DNA of 64,000 nucleotides from Giardia intestinalis (Eukaryota): NCBI GenBank assembly GCA_000002435.2, contig CM018792.1; one strand, 5' to 3'. Shown piece by piece: positions 61,302 to 64,000 of this stretch (position 1 is its first letter; each line of letters starts with the position of its first letter). The notes under the pieces were generated by a model. It saw only the letters and a program-made list of their open reading frames with translations, ran no database searches and was not told where the DNA came from. The position numbers and the translations under genes were made by a program.

Positions 61302-64000
61302 TCACGGCGGAGGTGTGATTGTTATTTTTGTTTGGTCTAAAGTTGCGGTCCCACCGGTCATCGCTAAATTACAGTTGTTAGTTGTAATTGTACCTCCTGG
61401 GTCTAACTTTATCTTGTCAGTGCTGGAATCTGTGACTGTGACTTGTTTGGTGAAGTTTGCTGGTACATGCACTGTTACCTTAGTTCCACTGGTGAAGTCT
61501 ATGACGTCAGCATTATTGCTTTTAACTACTGTGTTGATTGCAAAGGAAGCAGGTGTACCGGGGGGATTGCTTGTTTTGGCAGCATAAACGATGTCGAAGT
61601 CGGGATGGGCTCCCAGTGAAAGGTTTGTGCTTACTGCTACTGCAGGTGCAGCCAGGCTCGTGGATATGACCGCTGTATCTATCGTTGCTGTCTTTACATT
61701 GCTAATAGTCCCCGTCACTGCTTGCCCAGCAGTTGCCACCGTGAGAAATGTAACAGAGGGTGCTCCAGCTGGACAAAGGTTGATGCTCTTTGTTATGCAC
61801 AGTTCATCTATTGAATTGGAGGCAACTTGTGTGGTAACTTTGTTCGTTTTGACCTCTGCTTCTGTAATAGTAGTTGTATCCCCTGTGCCCGTTTTAGTTA
61901 ATTGCAAAGTATTATCTGTAAAGGTGTATGTTCCTGGAGAACCTGATTGTGCAGCTTTGAATACTACGTTCCCTGAATTTGTGACATCTATAGTTTTAGA
62001 CAAGGCAATATTACCACTTATAGTTACGCCCGTGTCAGTCACCGATAGGACCTCAGCATTTGCTCCATCCTGATAGGCTAACTTCTTTTTAGTGATTACT
62101 CCATCTGTTCCAACGACTAAGTTGTAAGGTCCATTTGGTGCTGTACCAACTGCACTAAGTTGCGTCTGCACTACTTGTGTACCGATCGTCGCAGTATCAG
62201 CGGTAATGCTCGTAGCTTTCAATGCTCCCGTGGTCAAGGTAGTCGTGGTGAGGTCGTTCAGTCCAGTTATGCTTGGGATGGTGGCAGACCCTGTAACGTC
62301 CAATTTTCCAGATACGGATAGATCGGTAAAGGTGGCGCTGGTCGCCGTGAGCTTCCCGTTTATTATCAAGTCCTGGAACGTTGCTTGGACATTGGTCATC
62401 TGCATGTCTAGGTCTGCGGTCTTGAGGTAATTGAATTGTCCGTTGCAACTGTATGTCGTCGGGGTCAAACACGCGGCTGGAGGAGCAGTCACAAAAATGC
62501 TTGAGAGGCTCTCGACGTTGAGCATGCCCCATAACCTAGACTCCATGGTAACGGAGCTCAGATAGGCATCCTTTAATAGCTCTCCTTTACGAGGATAAAA
62601 GGATGGATATCTTGTAGCACGCTCATATACAGATTTAAGCTCTGCGTAGCCATCTAATGTATCGAGGAGAGTGTCTGTTACTGGGCACGACACAATCTTG
62701 GTGGCTTGGCAGTGATTTTGAATATCAACTAGAAGACGCTTGTACTCTTCCAACGATAGATGCGTCCACTCGTTTCCGTCTAGATGGCTGCGATTCTGTG
62801 TTCCTGAGACAATCCTGCGCACCTCTGCTGTGAAATTGTCTGGTGCCAAACCCTGGAGAGTCTTCACACGGAACGTAGTGGTGACGGCAGATGGACCCAG
62901 TACTGACAAGTTGCTAACAACAAGATTTTTCACAGTTAGGGTGCTGCCGATTTGTGCGTACAAACAGATGACTAATATAAAGGTTATCAATAGCAAGATG
63001 GCCATAATTACAATGACAGTCCAAAGAAGCAGATGCCGCCCACAACACGTATCGTCGTCCACGCAGCTGCAGCACTCCTCTGCCTCACTTTGCAAGTGCT
63101 TACAGTATCCAGATGCACAGCCACCACCACAATCGCAGCCAGAGCACGGACAGCAATAGCACTGTCTATCATGTGTCAGAGGTACGTTCTTTAGAGCTTC
63201 AGAGTGCTCTAGAGTATACATGGGAGCAGGTGTGTTCGGTTTGAGGGGCTCTGTATCGGAGTACACTGTCTGCTGTGCAACAGATACAGGGGGGTTGATA
63301 GGGGAGACATGCTCTTGACGAGGTGCAGCAGAAGGAATTGCCAGCTGCTTGCGGAGCTCTGGGGCAAATGTCTTTGTATCCATGTAAAAGATGATCCGGC
63401 AGGGACCAATTCGTTGGCGAAGCTGGTTACCAGGGACGCCTTCTCTGTATGCAGCAACCTTCTTAGTCTTCAGAAATGTTAGTTCTGATACCTTATCACG
63501 TGCTTCGGCGCGCAGCGTGCTTCCCATGAAAGAGTACAGCACATAATCATCATTAGGCCCCCGTTTGTCTTGGGTGTTAATAAACACCGTGTAGCTCTCC
63601 ATGCGCCTTTCTGCATCTTCCATAGAATCGTCCGTGACCTTACTACTCATGAATGCCGTGTTATAGACACGATAATCTGGAGCTAACTGCTGATGCTGAT
63701 TGATAGGAAAGGATGAGTAGGACAGGGTAGTACTTACTGATAAAAGAGGGCGCTGGACGACTGTCAAAAGACCTGTAGCCGCGCACACTGGGCATGGGAT
63801 GGATTGGATGTTGAAATTGAGTACTGCAGTCCCGCTAGTGTCGAATTGGAGGAAGTTGAGCAAAGTATGATGAGATAGCTTCCCACAACCACCACAGCGG
63901 AAGCTATGGTCAAACATATTTGTCCTGAGGGTTTCTGGGAGTGAATGCACTAACTTGGAGATGACTCGTTCGTGTTGTTCAGCAGATTCTATCGGAGAAA
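61302..64000 (-). CDS. Predicted type II membrane protein, 5'-partial (the ORF runs off the window end): cytoplasmic N-terminal region, Cys cluster, one TM helix, and a long Thr/Ser/Val-rich repetitive ectodomain (possibly beta-helical)
   Basis: No stop codon between 63950 and 64000 in frame. Cys cluster CYCCPCSGCDCGGGCASGYCKHLQSEAEECCSCVDDDTCCG, followed by the TM helix LLLWTVIVIMAILLLITFILVICLYAQI. The ~500-aa ectodomain is built from T/S/V/G-rich units (...TATSATFTDLSVSGKLDVTGSATIPSITGL...). Confidence 0.6.
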   Translation of the reverse strand, partial: SPIESAEQHERVISKLVHSLPETLRTNMFDHSFRCGGCGKLSHHTLLNFLQFDTSGTAVLNFNIQSIPCPVCAATGLLTVVQRPLLSVSTTLSYSSFPINQHQQLAPDYRVYNTAFMSSKVTDDSMEDAERRMESYTVFINTQDKRGPNDDYVLYSFMGSTLRAEARDKVSELTFLKTKKVAAYREGVPGNQLRQRIGPCRIIFYMDTKTFAPELRKQLAIPSAAPRQEHVSPINPPVSVAQQTVYSDTEPLKPNTPAPMYTLEHSEALKNVPLTHDRQCYCCPCSGCDCGGGCASGYCKHLQSEAEECCSCVDDDTCCGRHLLLWTVIVIMAILLLITFILVICLYAQIGSTLTVKNLVVSNLSVLGPSAVTTTFRVKTLQGLAPDNFTAEVRRIVSGTQNRSHLDGNEWTHLSLEEYKRLLVDIQNHCQATKIVSCPVTDTLLDTLDGYAELKSVYERATRYPSFYPRKGELLKDAYLSSVTMESRLWGMLNVESLSSIFVTAPPAACLTPTTYSCNGQFNYLKTADLDMQMTNVQATFQDLIINGKLTATSATFTDLSVSGKLDVTGSATIPSITGLNDLTTTTLTTGALKATSITADTATIGTQVVQTQLSAVGTAPNGPYNLVVGTDGVITKKKLAYQDGANAEVLSVTDTGVTISGNIALSKTIDVTNSGNVVFKAAQSGSPGTYTFTDNTLQLTKTGTGDTTTITEAEVKTNKVTTQVASNSIDELCITKSINLCPAGAPSVTFLTVATAGQAVTGTISNVKTATIDTAVISTSLAAPAVAVSTNLSLGAHPDFDIVYAAKTSNPPGTPASFAINTVVKSNNADVIDFTSGTKVTVHVPANFTKQVTVTDSSTDKIKLDPGGTITTNNCNLAMTGGTATLDQTKITITPPP

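Noticed and set aside
1-64000. Prokaryotic defence-island interpretation (operons, toxin-antitoxin, CRISPR-Cas)
   Set aside because: The CRGKA-tailed CXXC proteins, NEK-ankyrin kinases, multi-kilobase coiled-coil ORFs, AGTRAAY polyA signals and the absence of Shine-Dalgarno/operon structure indicate a Giardia-like eukaryotic chromosome.

Overview
This window is protist nuclear DNA, most consistent with Giardia (diplomonad): compact, intron-free genes on both strands with little or no intergenic DNA. The evidence for Giardia is the many cysteine-rich CXXC proteins ending in the invariant ...GFLCWWF(L/V/I)CRGKA tail, the hallmark of Giardia variant-specific surface proteins (VSPs), together with NEK-type kinases fused to ankyrin repeats and AGTRAAY-type polyadenylation signals directly after stop codons.

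The dominant feature is a roughly 19 kb head-to-tail tandem array of VSP-family units on the minus strand (22832..42074).
- One 'head' VSP (39777..42074) carries a hydrophobic signal peptide and an extra N-terminal domain.
- Nine downstream units of about 1.9 kb follow. Each ends with a transmembrane segment, CRGKA, a stop codon and its own AGTGAAT polyA signal.
- All nine are 5'-truncated: none has a signal peptide, and each begins only 12 nt after the previous stop.
- Two units (22832..24735 and 26644..28552) are frameshifted pseudogenes.
- The units are mosaics of a few nearly identical sequence modules (N-terminal A/A'/B/C, middle X/Y, C-terminal 1/2), which indicates repeated segmental gene conversion.
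- A variable-copy TATCAC-type microrepeat sits at the unit junctions.

The 5' part of the window (1..5600) is a gene graveyard. It holds a 3'-truncated VSP fragment with no ATG start, a NEK kinase pseudogene with in-frame stops and frameshifts, and about 2.3 kb of GC-rich DNA with no convincing ORF.

The other genes are:
- an 1844-aa coiled-coil protein;
- a NEK-like pseudokinase with ankyrin repeats;
- a TPR-like protein;
- a 2203-aa low-complexity protein;
- a lysophospholipid acyltransferase (HX4D and FPEGT motifs);
- two GC-rich divergent hypothetical genes;
- a 1722-aa protein;
- an SH3-like protein;
- a Myb/SANT-like protein;
- a histone-fold (TAF8-like) protein;
- a type II membrane protein with a Cys cluster and a Thr-rich ectodomain, whose 5' end runs off the window.

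No tRNA, rRNA or CRISPR was recognised. The ORF track uses alternative start codons (TTG/GTG), so several starts were re-assigned to the first ATG.
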